Below, one piece after another: positions 52,098 through 64,000 of a stretch of DNA of 64,000 bases. The notes under the pieces were generated by a model. It was not told where the DNA came from and did no database searches. It saw only the letters and a program-made list of their open reading frames with translations. A program made the translations under genes and the position numbers. How positions within the stretch are numbered: position 1 is the first letter of the stretch; each line of letters begins with the position of its first letter. The stretch comes from Ministeria vibrans ATCC 50519 (taxonomy: Eukaryota; Protista; Filasterea): assembly GCA_943704425.1 (NCBI GenBank), contig CALSCP010000335.1:77235-141234 (forward strand), written 5' to 3'.

Positions 52098-54417
52098 ATG
52101 AGCGTCTCAGACCAAGATAGGCTTCGCGCTCAAGCACGCGCCCATGCGCATGCACTGATACGTCCTCTGGCGCCCTGCACGCTTGTGATTGACCCTGTTC
52201 TCACGTCGCCTGTCAATAATTTACTCGGTAACATCCCTCGCCTCATCCGATGCGTCACCTCTGACCTCCCGCTCCGTTTGGATCTTGTTCCAAGGCGCCC
52301 GCCATCTCCTGAGCACCTGTGGCGTCACAAGTATGCAGTGGCTTGATAAAAGCCTTGCGGCAAAGCCCACTGCGACCGCAGCGGGTCGTGTTGTGGTGCT
52401 GCTTGTGTCGTCGCTTCCCAGCTCATGCAAGCTCGCTGTGCACTTCATGAAACTGTTCACCAACGACACCATTCACTTGCTCTTTTCGCCCCAAAGAGAT
52501 GTTCTGTCTGAAGTACGCCCGCAGCTCTTCGCAAGGACACCGCAGTGATGCCCTTTTGTTTGCGTAGAGCATCTTTGAAGAAGAAGGACTGTACGGCCGT
52601 ATTGCAAGCACACGGACGCTGCCCTTTGGCTTTGCACCAGTCGACCTTGATTGTTTCTCCCTCGAGATTCCCGACGTCTTCTACGATCGCTTTGTTTTGG
52701 GGGCGTCGACCTATTCACACACAATTGTGCACTCTTTGGCCCAACTCCGAAACGAAACGGCGTCGCTGCACTCACTCCAATGGTACACCACATCGACGGA
52801 ACAGACCTGATAAGCACCATTCACACGTCGTATATATAGCTGTGGAATAGGAGAGTATGCCAAAGAGATCATTGACATTATTGCTGAAGAGCAAAGCCAC
52901 ACAGAGCCATCGGAAACCCAAAAGTACCCCTCTATTTTATATGATATCATCGAAAGAATTAAATTTATTATCATTAATAATTATTATTATTATTATTTTT
53001 TCTAATAATTGTAATGTTTTTTTTATAGTTTGTTTGAGCGAGTGATCTTTCTTGACCGATCAATTGATCTGGTCACTCCCTTCCTCTCACAACTTACCTT
53101 TTCGGGAATGATTGCGGATGTATTTTCTGTCAAAGGTACAAAGTGAGCGTGATTGTTGGTCTTGTTACACTCATACCCTCCACTCATCTGTATAATATAA
53201 TCATCTCTCTACACAAGGGGGCGGAGTGCGCATCCCTAAAGCGGACGACACAGGCACGCAGTTTGTCTCGCTCGACGCCAGTTCCGATCGCACCCTCGCC
53301 CTTGTTGCTGACCAGCCCTTCCTGTGGTCTGCCTCCAAGACCCTTGCTCAGATTGCCCTAGATCTCACTTCCGCACTGTCTCTGGGCCTTCGCTCCTCTG
53401 CTCCTTCCGACAACTCCTCTCCTCTCTCCAACCTCTCCCAAATTAAATCAGTATGCCACATACCGCATCGCATCACAATAATCCTCTATTCTCATTACAT
53501 CTCTACTCTTTCTCTACGGCAGTTTGTGGCTTCACTGCGCGGTCACGATGGTCTCCTACGCGCCAAAGAGTCCCTCAATGCACTGACCTCAGCCGCTCTC
53601 ATTGTGAAGAAACAGCGCGACAATCAGCGCTTTTTCGATCTGGTCAATCTTGAGCGTCTTATGCTCGAAGGAAAGTTTGAAGAAGAGGTAACATACTCCT
53701 GGTCACTCGTTCTTCATTACACAACGCAAAATATTTTAGGTATTTGGGGACCTTTTGGACATGTTCCAACAGCCGCCACACACGACGCCCGTGGCGCCTC
53801 CACCGTTGCCCATCCTACTACGTCTGCTTGCCCTCTTCTCTCTCACCCACTCCGGCCTCAAACCCGCCCAGCACCAGTCCCTCTGCGACGCCCTGCTTAT
53901 CCACCATGGCTATGCGCTCCTGCCTGCCTTTGAGCGTCTCACCCGCCTCGGCGCACTCCTGCCCCGAAACGCCAAGACCACCGAGCCCCCAGCTGACGCA
54001 TACTCCCTCGCTCGCAGGTCTCTTGGCCTCTGGTCAAAACCATCTTCTTCTTCTTCTTCTTCTTCTTCGTCGTCGTCGTCGTCAGATCCTTCCGCTGAGT
54101 CGGCATCCGACGTCCGTCACGACTGCTCCTTTCTGTCCACGCGTCTTGTGGAGTCACTACTCACCGGCGCCACAAAGACTCTCCCTGCTACATTTCGATC
54201 GCGTCTCACTGGCTCCCTCCCTTCTCCTCCCATCTACTCCAAACCCCTTCCAGGCGCTCCGCGGCCTCTACCCGTTCTCGTGTGCATCCTCGGTGGCTGT
54301 ACACACGCCGAAGCAACGTCCATGCGCGCCCTGGCCAAGCGACTCGGCGTCACATTGACCCTCGCCACGACTGCTCTTACCGATGGGAACACGCTTATCA
54401 CACAACTCATGCAGTAA
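52098..54417 (+). CDS. VPS33: Sec1/Munc18 family protein, Vps33-like
   Basis: LVIDPVL, FSLEIP, LIFLDRSIDLVTPFLSQLTFSGMI, LRLLALFSLTHSGLK, CILGGCTHAE, TTALTDGN. Confidence 0.85.
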
Positions 54418-54467
54418 AACCACGTCGGGCTTTTGTGTATTGTACATGTACATCATCATCATCATTA

Positions 54468-54548
54468 TCAGGAGTCATTTTTCGAAGTCTCTTCTTTTGG
54501 CGAAGGGAGGGACAGAAAGGCATCCACCAATTGCGAGGACGACACAGA

Positions 54549-54585
<37 letters not shown>

Positions 54586-54986
54586 TGAGTTATTGGAGAC
54601 ATCGAAGAAGAGTCTGTCGACGACACAGACACAATGAGACGGTCTCCGGTGGCCGGTGAACTCGGTGTTGGTGCGCGCTCGCACTCCTCGTCGAAATAAT
54701 GAAGAAAGTACGTTGCGCGGCACTCCGCTGCCGTCAATCCGTCCACTCCAAGTGTCGCAGCAACCCTTTCCCAGTCAAATCCAACGGCTGCAGCGGCCCG
54801 CTTCACAGCAGTGACGAGAGAAGCGGCCGCATCGCTCTCATCGACTCTCCCTGTTGCCAGTTCCTCCTCCGCCGGCACGCGCGGTCTTTCAAACACCTCC
54901 GCCGGCACAGCATCAATGCCACTGCCAGACGTCTCGCCACCAGGCTCGCTCGGTCGGCTCCACGGTACGCGCACAATGCAGTACAT
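54468..54986 (-). CDS. Small acidic protein with a SANT/Myb-like motif; start uncertain
   Basis: VKRAAAAVGFDWERVAATLG..LTAAECR followed by a poly-Asp tract. Confidence 0.5.
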
Positions 54987-55885
54987 CAAACTATTGTTCA
55001 ACTATTGTTCCGAATATGTATTTCTCAAGCCCTCACTCGAGTCAGTCGACTGATCACTGACCACCGGTGACGCTTAGTACGCTGTAGGAATCAGGGATCG
55101 GCTGTGAAGTTTAAAAAAAATTAAGGGAGTAAAGGGACAGAATGCACAATAGTCAATAATTTATAATATTCTCAATTCTCACAGAAGACGGACGGTCACA
55201 AGTCAGTGAAGTCACAACTCACAGGCGTCACAGCCCTAAATAAGAGCCCTTTCTACCAAAAAGTCAATAACGAAAAAAAAAACAATATTATAGAAAAATC
55301 CAATTGCTCTCTCTATTATTTTTTCCTTTTTTCCAAGTTCAACTCCTTTTTCCATCTTGGCTCTCACGCTCTCGAGTCCAGCCGCAGCCATCGCCTCGCC
55401 CGCCTCCCACATGCGTGTCTGGGTTGAGCACCGCCTGCTTGGCCTGCTCTCCGCTCTCCTTGTACGTTCGCATAACCTGTTTGTCTTCCGTTCGTTTGTG
55501 ACGAAGCTCCTTTCGGAACTCACTCGCCGCTCCTGCCCCCTCCCGCTCTCCCAGCCGCCCCTCCTCTTCTTTCCCTCCCTCATATATTGCATCACCATCC
55601 CTGTGCGGTTTCTCTCCAACCCACAGGCCCGTCACGCGTCTCGTTTAGTCGTTCACCCAAAAAGAGAGAGGAGATACAAAAAAAAAAAAAAACATAGCGT
55701 CATTTGACACACATGCACGCGCTGTAGAGCCCTTCGACTGCTCCCTGTCCTCTGCAATACCCATAGGCACATGCTTCCTCCTCCGCCTTCTCTCCTCCTG
55801 CCCCTGGGGCGTCGTTTTCTCTCGCTTGTGTGTGTGTGTGTGTGCGAACCACTTTCCAAACCCACTCCGCTTCCACTGCGCGCAG

Positions 55886-58800
55886 GTTGCGGTGTACGGC
55901 TGCACCCCCGACCCCTGCCTCAACGGCGGCATCTGCAGCCTCTACAGCGCCGCCTCCGTCTGCCACTGTCCCGTCGGCTTCTACGGCGTCCATTGTCAGC
56001 AGCGCGGCGATGCGGCTTTTGTAAGCGATCATCATCATTATAAATTTTGAAATTATTCATAATAATTATTATTATTTTTGTTTTTTATTTCTCGCTCTCT
56101 CCTGCCTCTACGATGATAGCTCTCTGTGTCCTCCTCGAGTGTGTACGACATGTCGGCGTTCTCCTCAGCGTACGACCAAGACTCTCAAATGCTCTTTGTG
56201 GCGGGCGCTGACGTCCTTGGCGCATCGTTGACATTGGCGCACATCAACTACACGACGACGGAGAGTGCGCCTCAACTCGTTGGCACACAACGCATCGACT
56301 CTCAGTTTGCTCGCGACGCTGGCATTGCCCACTACCACTCCACTGTGTTTGTGGCGGCGACGGACGTGCTTGAAGACAGCGCCTTTGCGCTGCACACCTT
56401 CAACGTAACGCACAACACAACTGAGACGCTCCTGTTTGAGCCGGAGGGTGGCAGTGATCCCGAGTACGCCGTCAAGGCTATAGCTCTCGACAGCGACAAT
56501 GGCGTTCTGCACGTTGTCGGCGACATCGCCTCGGGAAAGCTTTATAGCAGCACCCAGTCAGCCAACGACGACTTCTTCCTTGTCGGCTACCTCATCGATG
56601 GAGTCGGCAATGTTACCGAGACCTATCGTATGCAAAGTGTCAAAACCAACTTATTTGACGAACACGTGTGGGACCTTGCTGTGGACTCAAGCAACAACCT
56701 ACTCTACGTTGTCGGCGAAAAGAGTTTCGCTACCTTGTCGGGGCCGCTCTTTGTCGTGTACGACACCTCGTTGTCCCCTCCCACGCTGGTGACCAACTAC
56801 GACGAGCCCAGCAAAATGGTGCTCGTCTCCGCGTCGGTCTCGTCCATCGTTCTCAGCAGCGACGGGCAGTTTGCCTACACATGTGGGAAAACCTTAGGTC
56901 AGTTCTCCTTTGATTCGGGCGCTGCAGGTTCCAGTGGCACAGACCCTCTGCTGCTCAAATACAACCTTGCCAATCCCGCCTCTCCCTCTCTCGTCTGGGC
57001 CCTTCAACTTGCCGTCGATGGTGAAGGTTATTGTACCTCCCTTGCGCTCTCTGGCGCCAACGAGGACACCATCTCCATTGCTGGCGCTGTCATCGTACGC
57101 ACTATATCAATTGTTTTACATTCAGGCTGAATTTTTTTCTCCTTTCTTTTTTCTTCNNNNNNTCTTTTTTCTCCTTTCTTTTTTCTTCTGTTTTTTTCTT
57201 CTTCTTCTTCTTCCCCCCTCTTTTTATTGCACAGAGCACCCCACCGTCGGCTGCGACCGAACCGCACGCAAGCGATAGTTCTGCCCTTGATGGTTTTGTT
57301 GCCAGCTTTGCTGCATCAAATGGCACTCGCGTAGCCTACGCACAGATGGGCACTCATGGCGACGATGTGGTTCGCGCGCTCATTGACACACACGACTCCC
57401 TGGGTACTCTGCTTGCGGTTGTTGCCACACAAAACCCGCTGAACGCACCACCGCCGTCGAGTGTGCCTCAGAATGACTCGGTTGCGGTCGTTGCCATGCG
57501 CACTGTGTCTTCTCAGACGTACACCGAAACGTGTGCGCTGCTCAACTGCACGACGGAGCATCTTGAGTGTCATGTTGCCGCCTATGGCTTGCACAACATT
57601 TTGTGTGATTGCGAGCCAGGCTACACCGGCGCAGACTGCACCACTATCGACAGCTGTTTGTCAAACCCGTGTCAGAATGGTGGCTCGTGCACCATCACGA
57701 ACGGCGAATTTGTGTGTACCTGTCCTCTCGGCTACTCCTCTGCTCTCTGTTCCGTGCCCACATGCTCGTCGAGCCCCTGCTCTAATGGTGCTAGTTGCTC
57801 CGTCAGCAACGCGACCGTCAGTGGCTACCTCTGTGACTGTCTCGAAGGGTTTGCTGGCGACAACTGTGATCAGTTCGACTTGTGCTTTGCAACTCCTTGC
57901 TCCAACGGTGCCACATGTGTCACGCTTAACGAAACTACACTGGTGTGCAACTGCAACACGGGCTACACCGGTCTTTTTTGCAACGTTGAACTGGACGAGT
58001 GTCTTTCGTCACCCTGTCACAACGGCGGTAGCTGCATCGATCTCGTGGGCGACGTCAACTGCAACTGTCTCGCTCCATTCTTTGGTCCACACTGTGCGAG
58101 TAGCTGCCAGGGTCTCGCCGATCCCTTTGCACTGCCCTCTGGGCACACCTATCAATCGTACCTGGCCTTGCATTCCGGCTGCGCGGTCGTCGTGGGCGAC
58201 ATTGTGCTGCAAGACGTGAGCTCAGCCGACGCCCTCTTGTCCTTGGTTAATGTCACTGGCAGCGTGTACATCGACAATACGACTCTCACAGACTTGTCGG
58301 CGCTGGCAAACCTGCGCCACATTGGTGGCGGTACCTTTGACATTAGAGACAACGCTGCGCTCGTGGATCTTGCTTCACTCAGTGCCGACTTGGTATTGTC
58401 TCATGCGGCTCCCGCTCTGCATATGGAGGGCAATCACAACCTCGCAAGTGTGTCGCAGCTGGCTAACGTACTCGCCGGCATGACGCTCTCCGAACTCTCC
58501 CTTGTGGACTTGCCCTTGCTTGCGTCACTTGATGGCATTCACACGTTGGCGGCTGTCGAGTCCAAGCTGACAGTTAAGGCTCTGCCTCTTGCGCAAAACC
58601 TTCTGCTCTACAATGTGTCTCTCAACGGTGCCGACATCTCCCTCGCCCAACTTCCCTTGCTCACCGATCTCACGTCGGTGTTTAACAGCAATGCTGTGCC
58701 TCTCTCACTCAATAGCTTGCTCCTCCACGAACTCACTGCACTCACCAATTTTGCCGGCCTTGAATCTCTCACCTCCGTCACCAATCTCTTTTCCGTCAGC

Positions 58801-61800
58801 AAGTGTGACGCTCTCACCTCACTTTTTACTCCCTGTGAAGCGGTCGGAGCGCTCACCACCATTGGTTCGCTCTCTGTCACGGAGAATTCTGTACTTGAAA
58901 GTATGCCATGCACTCTGCAGACGATTATGTCACTGACCAGCTTCGCGGTGTCCGACAATCCATCGCTGCTTCACATCCGTGGACCCGTTAACGTGGTCAG
59001 CGTGGAGACACTGAGTATCACCAACAACCTGCTTCTCCGTAACATCAATGGCTTTGTGGCCCTTGTCAATATTACGAGTCAGTTGACACTCCTGCAGAAT
59101 CCTCGTCTGCACAACATGGAAGGCCTTCTTGATCTTGAAATGCTGCTGGGCACCACCCTCATTGGCAACAACAGCGCTCTTTGTCTTCACACGCTCCTCG
59201 ATGTCTCCGCCATCGTCGTGGGCTCATCGACGATCGGCGGCAATCGTCCTGCGAGCGATCCTCATTGTGACCTTGAGGCGTCGCCCGAGATAGCGTCGAG
59301 CACGATCGATGCCGCTCTCATGACCAGCAGTATGCAGACCGCCGTTAGCGGCGACGCCTGGCTCTCATACGCCGATCCCACCGAATCAGCACAGCTCATT
59401 CTTGACATGATGGACTCGGCTGTGTCCTATATCTTAGGTGACCCTGTCGTGTCGTTTAACATCTCAAAGGCACTCTTGTCCGTCTTCAACGACTTTCTCA
59501 GTCCTGCTTCGACTGCCAAGCTCATTGAACTTGGTATTTTTTTTTAAAAAAAAAACAACAACATCAACGGCCTCAATGATTTATTGTTATATTAATTTGG
59601 ATTGTATTCTTTTTTTTCTTTAGAAATGTCAACTCAAGTAGGTGAGATGGCCGAGGACTTGATAAATGCTTTGATTGGGGGACTGCCGTGTGACGAGTCG
59701 CTTTTAGCAGGTGGCAGCAACCTTGCGTCAAGTATAGTGTCGTCTTCGGGTGTCTCAGCGATTGACACGTCGCACACCTCTGCTTCTGCGGGGTACACGG
59801 TGGTGTTTCCGCCGGGATTTGCGACTGCCGTGTTTGGGGTGTCGCCTCCATGCCATGCGACGGGAATCAGCGAGTTTCTTAGTGCCAGTTCACCCTTTGT
59901 GTCGGTCATTTCGAATCAAACGACACGCATCAGCTCGTCGGTGGTATCCCTTGAGTTTGGCGATGGAGTGGTCGTTGAGAATCTCGTGTCATCGCTTGCC
60001 ATTGAGCTTTCACTGCGCCGGACTCGGGGGACAGTGTCGGACGAGATTGCCTGTGTGTTTTGGGACACCGCTTTGAGCCTGTGGTCGTCGGACGGGTGTG
60101 AAGTGGTCGAGAATACGGCGACGCACACGACGTGTCGGTGCACACACGCCACGAGTTTTGCTTTGCTTGCTGGTGCCGATGTGAGCGACACTGACGCGCG
60201 CGTGCTGTCGATTCTCACTTATGTGGGTTGTGGCCTCTCTATTGTGGCGTGTGTCTACATCATTGTGACCTTTATCGCCTTTAGCGGACTACAGACGCGT
60301 CCGCAGTGGAACATTTTTAATCTGGCCGTGGCTGTGCTGGGGCTCGATTTGACCTTTGTGGCGGGTGCCGATCCTTCCTGGCGCTCGCAAAGTGCTTGTC
60401 GTGCGTCGGCCGTGTTGATCTACTACTTTCTCATGTGTGGCTTTCTTTTGACCGCCTGTATTGGACGTGACATGATGTTCTATACTGTAAAGCTTGTGGG
60501 CAAGCCGACACGTCTTGTCAAGTACGCACTTTTTAGCTGGCTCACTCCGGCGCTTCTGACAGCGATTTTGGTGGCTGTGGACGCCGCCAATGACTTCACT
60601 GTGTTTGGCTTTGGCTCGGGTTCCTCCGCCTGTTTTGTTTCTACGTCAGGCGGTCTTATTGGCGCTGTGCTTGTACCCCTGGGTCTCATCATGGCCTACA
60701 ACGTGTATGCGATGGCGCGCGTATCGTATGCTATTCGACAGTCATCGGCCCTCATCACCGAGCGCAACCGTCGCGCCAAAATGGAAAATGCCCTCATATA
60801 CATTTCGCTTGCCGTCAGCATGGGTCTCACGTGGCTCTTTGCCTTCCTTGGCGTCGTAGGCGGCGTCGTATTTTGGTACATGTTTGTCGTTCTCAATGCT
60901 TCTCAGGGTCTTCTCTTGTGTCTTGTAAGCATTTTTTTTACTTTTATTTTTATTCTTCTTAATTTTATTAATTCCATTTGTTTTGTTACCTACATAGTTG
61001 TTTTGGTTGCGTGGACGAGCACTTAAGGAGACTCGACGAGGACTGTGGAAACTTCAAGGGAAAGCAGTGAGTGGGATGACGTCGTCTGGACACCAACATC
61101 GTCGGGCAGAAGGGAAAGGGGGTTCGAACGGGAGCAAGAGGCGCGCTGGAGGACGGCAACGCAGCAGCAGTGGAAGTGCAGGTCCTGTGGACATTAAGGG
61201 GTTGGGTGGGGGCACAAATGGCTCGACAAGCATGTCGTCGTCCTTGTCGCCGCGCAAACCATCGTCGTATCTGGTGACTGCCGATCAGGCGTCGTCACTG
61301 ACACCTGTGACGTCGCGTGCGCGCTCGTCGAGTGCCGGTAGTTCGGGCGTTGCCAACTGGCGTCGTTCGCCTCTGGTGCAGGATTACAATTTGGTCACGA
61401 TGTCACGGTCGCCCTTGTCGAGTCGTAGTAGCAATGTGGCCGAGTCGATGGGTCGGCGCTCGACGGTGGGCATTGTCGAAGTGGTGGTGACGGACAACAC
61501 GACTATGGGCGGGTGTTACGAGCCGCAGGGCGCGCGATTTGAGTTGCAAGCGAACCCGCTCAAGGCGCCGCTGTCAACACGATCATCGAATGCCTCGTCG
61601 ACCGGCACGGACAACACCGAAACGCGGCTGTTGCCGTCACGCTCGTTGGGTCAGTTCTCACATGTGACGGGACTCGATGAGCTGGACGAGGAGCGTGAGA
61701 GCGAGTGGGTGACGATGGGCAGCGACGCTGCGACGCAGATCCAGTCCATGATGGAGTCCAGTGACGAAGACGAGGACAACAACGATCATGTTGCACGATA

Positions 61801-61981
61801 CGGTGTCAAGGACACCCACGCAACCAGTAGTGTTCAGGTGGACACGTCGACAAGGCAGTACTCGGACGCCGTCGGACTGTCCACCGACGAGCGCGGTGTG
61901 GTCAATAGAATGGACTTGAAGTTGACCCACTCGCCCAACCCTGGCCGCGGGACGAGACGCAAGACCTCCACAGCCTTCTAA
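55886..61981 (+). CDS. Adhesion GPCR: EGF, beta-propeller, EGF array, receptor-L repeats, GAIN/GPS, 7TM; 5' end not found
   Basis: EGF repeats (CLSNPCQNGGSC..CTCPLGY); L-domain start GCAVVVGDIVL..LVNVTGSVYI; GPS CVFWD..WSSDGC..CRCTHATSFALL; TM1 LSILTYVGCGLSI; TM6/7 MGLTWLF, YMFVVLNASQG. Confidence 0.9.
57157..57162. other. Assembly gap (N run) within a T-rich intron
   Basis: nnnnnn in the sequence. Confidence 0.99.
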
Positions 61982-62217
61982 ATAGTTTATAGTATTATTA
62001 TTTTTTTAAAAGTCTTTTTTTTGTAGTTTTCAGGTACAAACGGTACAAACTGATTATAATAAAATTAATATTATTGTTATTATAATAATAGAATAAATCA
62101 ATTTTATATTATTATTATTATTAATTTGTTTTATTACGTCCTTTGTATAATTATTTTAATAATGACAATAATTAATATTAATTTTTAGTTATTTATTTTC
62201 CAACCCCCACCCCCCAA

Positions 62218-62840
62218 ATGTCGTATCATGTTCTGCGTCACGCCCCTTATGCTACAGATCAGATGCCTGTTGTAGTTTGGTCCGACGTGTCGGGTGGAGC
62301 ACGGCTTCCACCACGTCCCTCTCGTGTTGTTTCCATGACAACAACAGATAGAGATGTATGGCAACCTCTCCCGCGCCGCACCCCTGCTCCTCCACCAGGT
62401 ACACTTCCCTCTGGTCGATGGAATGAACCAAAGGTGCTTCCGTCGGCGAGAAAGGTACGTATAGGTCGAGAATCGGAGAATATATATTCTCAGCCTTGTC
62501 TTTTCAGACCACCGGCTTTCTCACACAACCATACGCAGTGAGTCTTGAGTCGGGACGAATCACTGCTTCTTCTGACTCTCCAGCTTGGGCGGCAAATTGC
62601 ACCAGCAGAAGAGCACATCGAGTGAGCGAATCCGAAGAGAACGTCTCGTCCAAACTGAAGTCAGTGAGACTTAGACGCGAAGAAGAGGAGTTGGAAAGGA
62701 TTGAACGGAAGCTTAAGACGAAACCCAAACAAGAGAGGGAGACGAGCTTGGCAGAGAAGAAGAAGAAGAAGAAGGAGAAGGAGAAGAAGGAGGAGCGAAC
62801 TCAGCGGAGCGGACCGCGTTGGAAAGAGCTCACATCGTGA
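62218..62840 (+). CDS. Hypothetical small basic protein, two exons
   Basis: ATG after an AT-rich intergenic region; AAG|GTACGT..TTTCAG intron joins the two ORFs in frame; Lys/Glu-rich tail. Confidence 0.6.
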
Positions 62841-62899
62841 CACTAATAATTGTTACAAAAATAGAAATAATAATAGTAATTTTTGTATAAATCGTGATT

Positions 62900-63766
62900 T
62901 CAAGAGGAAGAGGGGGAAGAGAGGTGAGCAATCGTGCTAATGACGCGCTGATGCATTGCTGCGCTCAGCGTTGCAACTACTCCCGTTGCATTGAGATGCT
63001 CTGCAGTACTCGCATAGCTGTACGTGTGGCCACTTGAGTCGGTCAGTGTGCCTCCAATGGCGCGCAGCAGTGCTTCGCCCGCACACGTGTCCCTTTGAAA
63101 AAACAGCATTAGTTACCTGAAGAAGAGGGAAAAGGTGCTTACCACTTTTTTGTGCCGGGTGACGGATACACATAAGCATTGCACTGTCCCTCGAGCAACA
63201 TCAAAACTTTATTGCCACTTCCGCCAACACGGATGATTTCCTACGGATGCAGTTGCAGAGTGCGCGTGAGAACTCTCCGCCTTCAACAGACACGTATCAA
63301 GTAAGTCTCTACTTTTGGGGCGAGCTGTTGAAGCACCGACTGCAAGAGAGGACTGGGATGAGAGCGTGTAGTGGTGACAACAAGGTCGGCTGTCGAATCT
63401 TGGTGTGTCGCGGGTGCTGGTAGACGCGTCTCGTATGCATCTGGGGCTGCAGCACCCGCCGCAAAAAGACGCGCCCCAGCACCCTCCAGTGCCACGGCCG
63501 TCTCGATGTGCTGTGTCGCCTCCGCTGCCTCTCCTGCTGCCGCTCCCACTGCTGTTGCTTTGGTGGCGGCGGTCGCAAACGGCCGATGTACGACTCCCCC
63601 AACGGCACGGCCGTTGACTCCCAACCCAATCAAGACTGTTACGTGCTCTTTGTGTCCTGTGTGACGTCGTGTTAACAAACATAAAAAACAGCACTTTCTT
63701 CTTGTGTTGCTACGTGCCTTGTGTGAACTCTTTGGTGCCGTCAAGTGGATCGACCCACACGGTAAT
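62900..63766 (-). CDS. BPNT1: 3'(2'),5'-bisphosphate nucleotidase (inositol monophosphatase family), 5'-partial
   Basis: WVDPLDGTKEF, HVTVLIG, TTRSH, RVGGSGNK, KKWDTCAGEALL..GGTLTD. Confidence 0.92.
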
Positions 63767-63794
63767 CTAATCACATCCGACATGAGCGTGTCAG

Positions 63795-63951
63795 TTCTCT
63801 ATCACTTTGTCTATCACTTTGTCTCTCTATCACTTTGTTTCTCTATCACTTTGTCTCTCTCTCTCTATCACTTTCTCTCTCTCTATCACTTTGTTTCTCT
63901 ATCACTTTGTCTCTCTCTCTCTCCATCACTTTGTCTCTCTCTCTATCACTT

Positions 63952-64000
<49 letters not shown>
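63795..64000. repeat. CTATCACTTTGT/(CT)n compound minisatellite
   Basis: About nine near-identical copies separated by CT runs. Confidence 0.9.

Overview
Gene-dense eukaryotic nuclear DNA read with the standard genetic code (TAA, TAG and TGA all end genes). It has short GT-AG introns (mostly 55-100 nt), GC-rich exons and many (CT)n, (CA)n and poly-T tracts. The gene content (CEP95, CEP131, KIF24-like kinesin-13, MOK, adhesion GPCR) suggests a flagellated unicellular eukaryote, probably within Amorphea; this is inference only. About 28 spliced genes or gene fragments can be reconstructed by hand, mostly housekeeping. I found no tRNA, rRNA, CRISPR array or transposase. Most interesting: (1) a ~1,975-aa orphan membrane protein with a BPI/TULIP-like ectodomain, two Cys-rich repeats and a duplicated polytopic TM module; (2) an adhesion GPCR combining beta-propeller, EGF and receptor-L domains; (3) a dispersed intron-only motif CTATCACTTTGT; (4) candidate structured RNAs in unusually long introns (NAP1, MOK); (5) several half-genes joined at simple repeats, most likely assembly artefacts. 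Exon structures are manual and family calls rest on recognised motifs, not on database searches.
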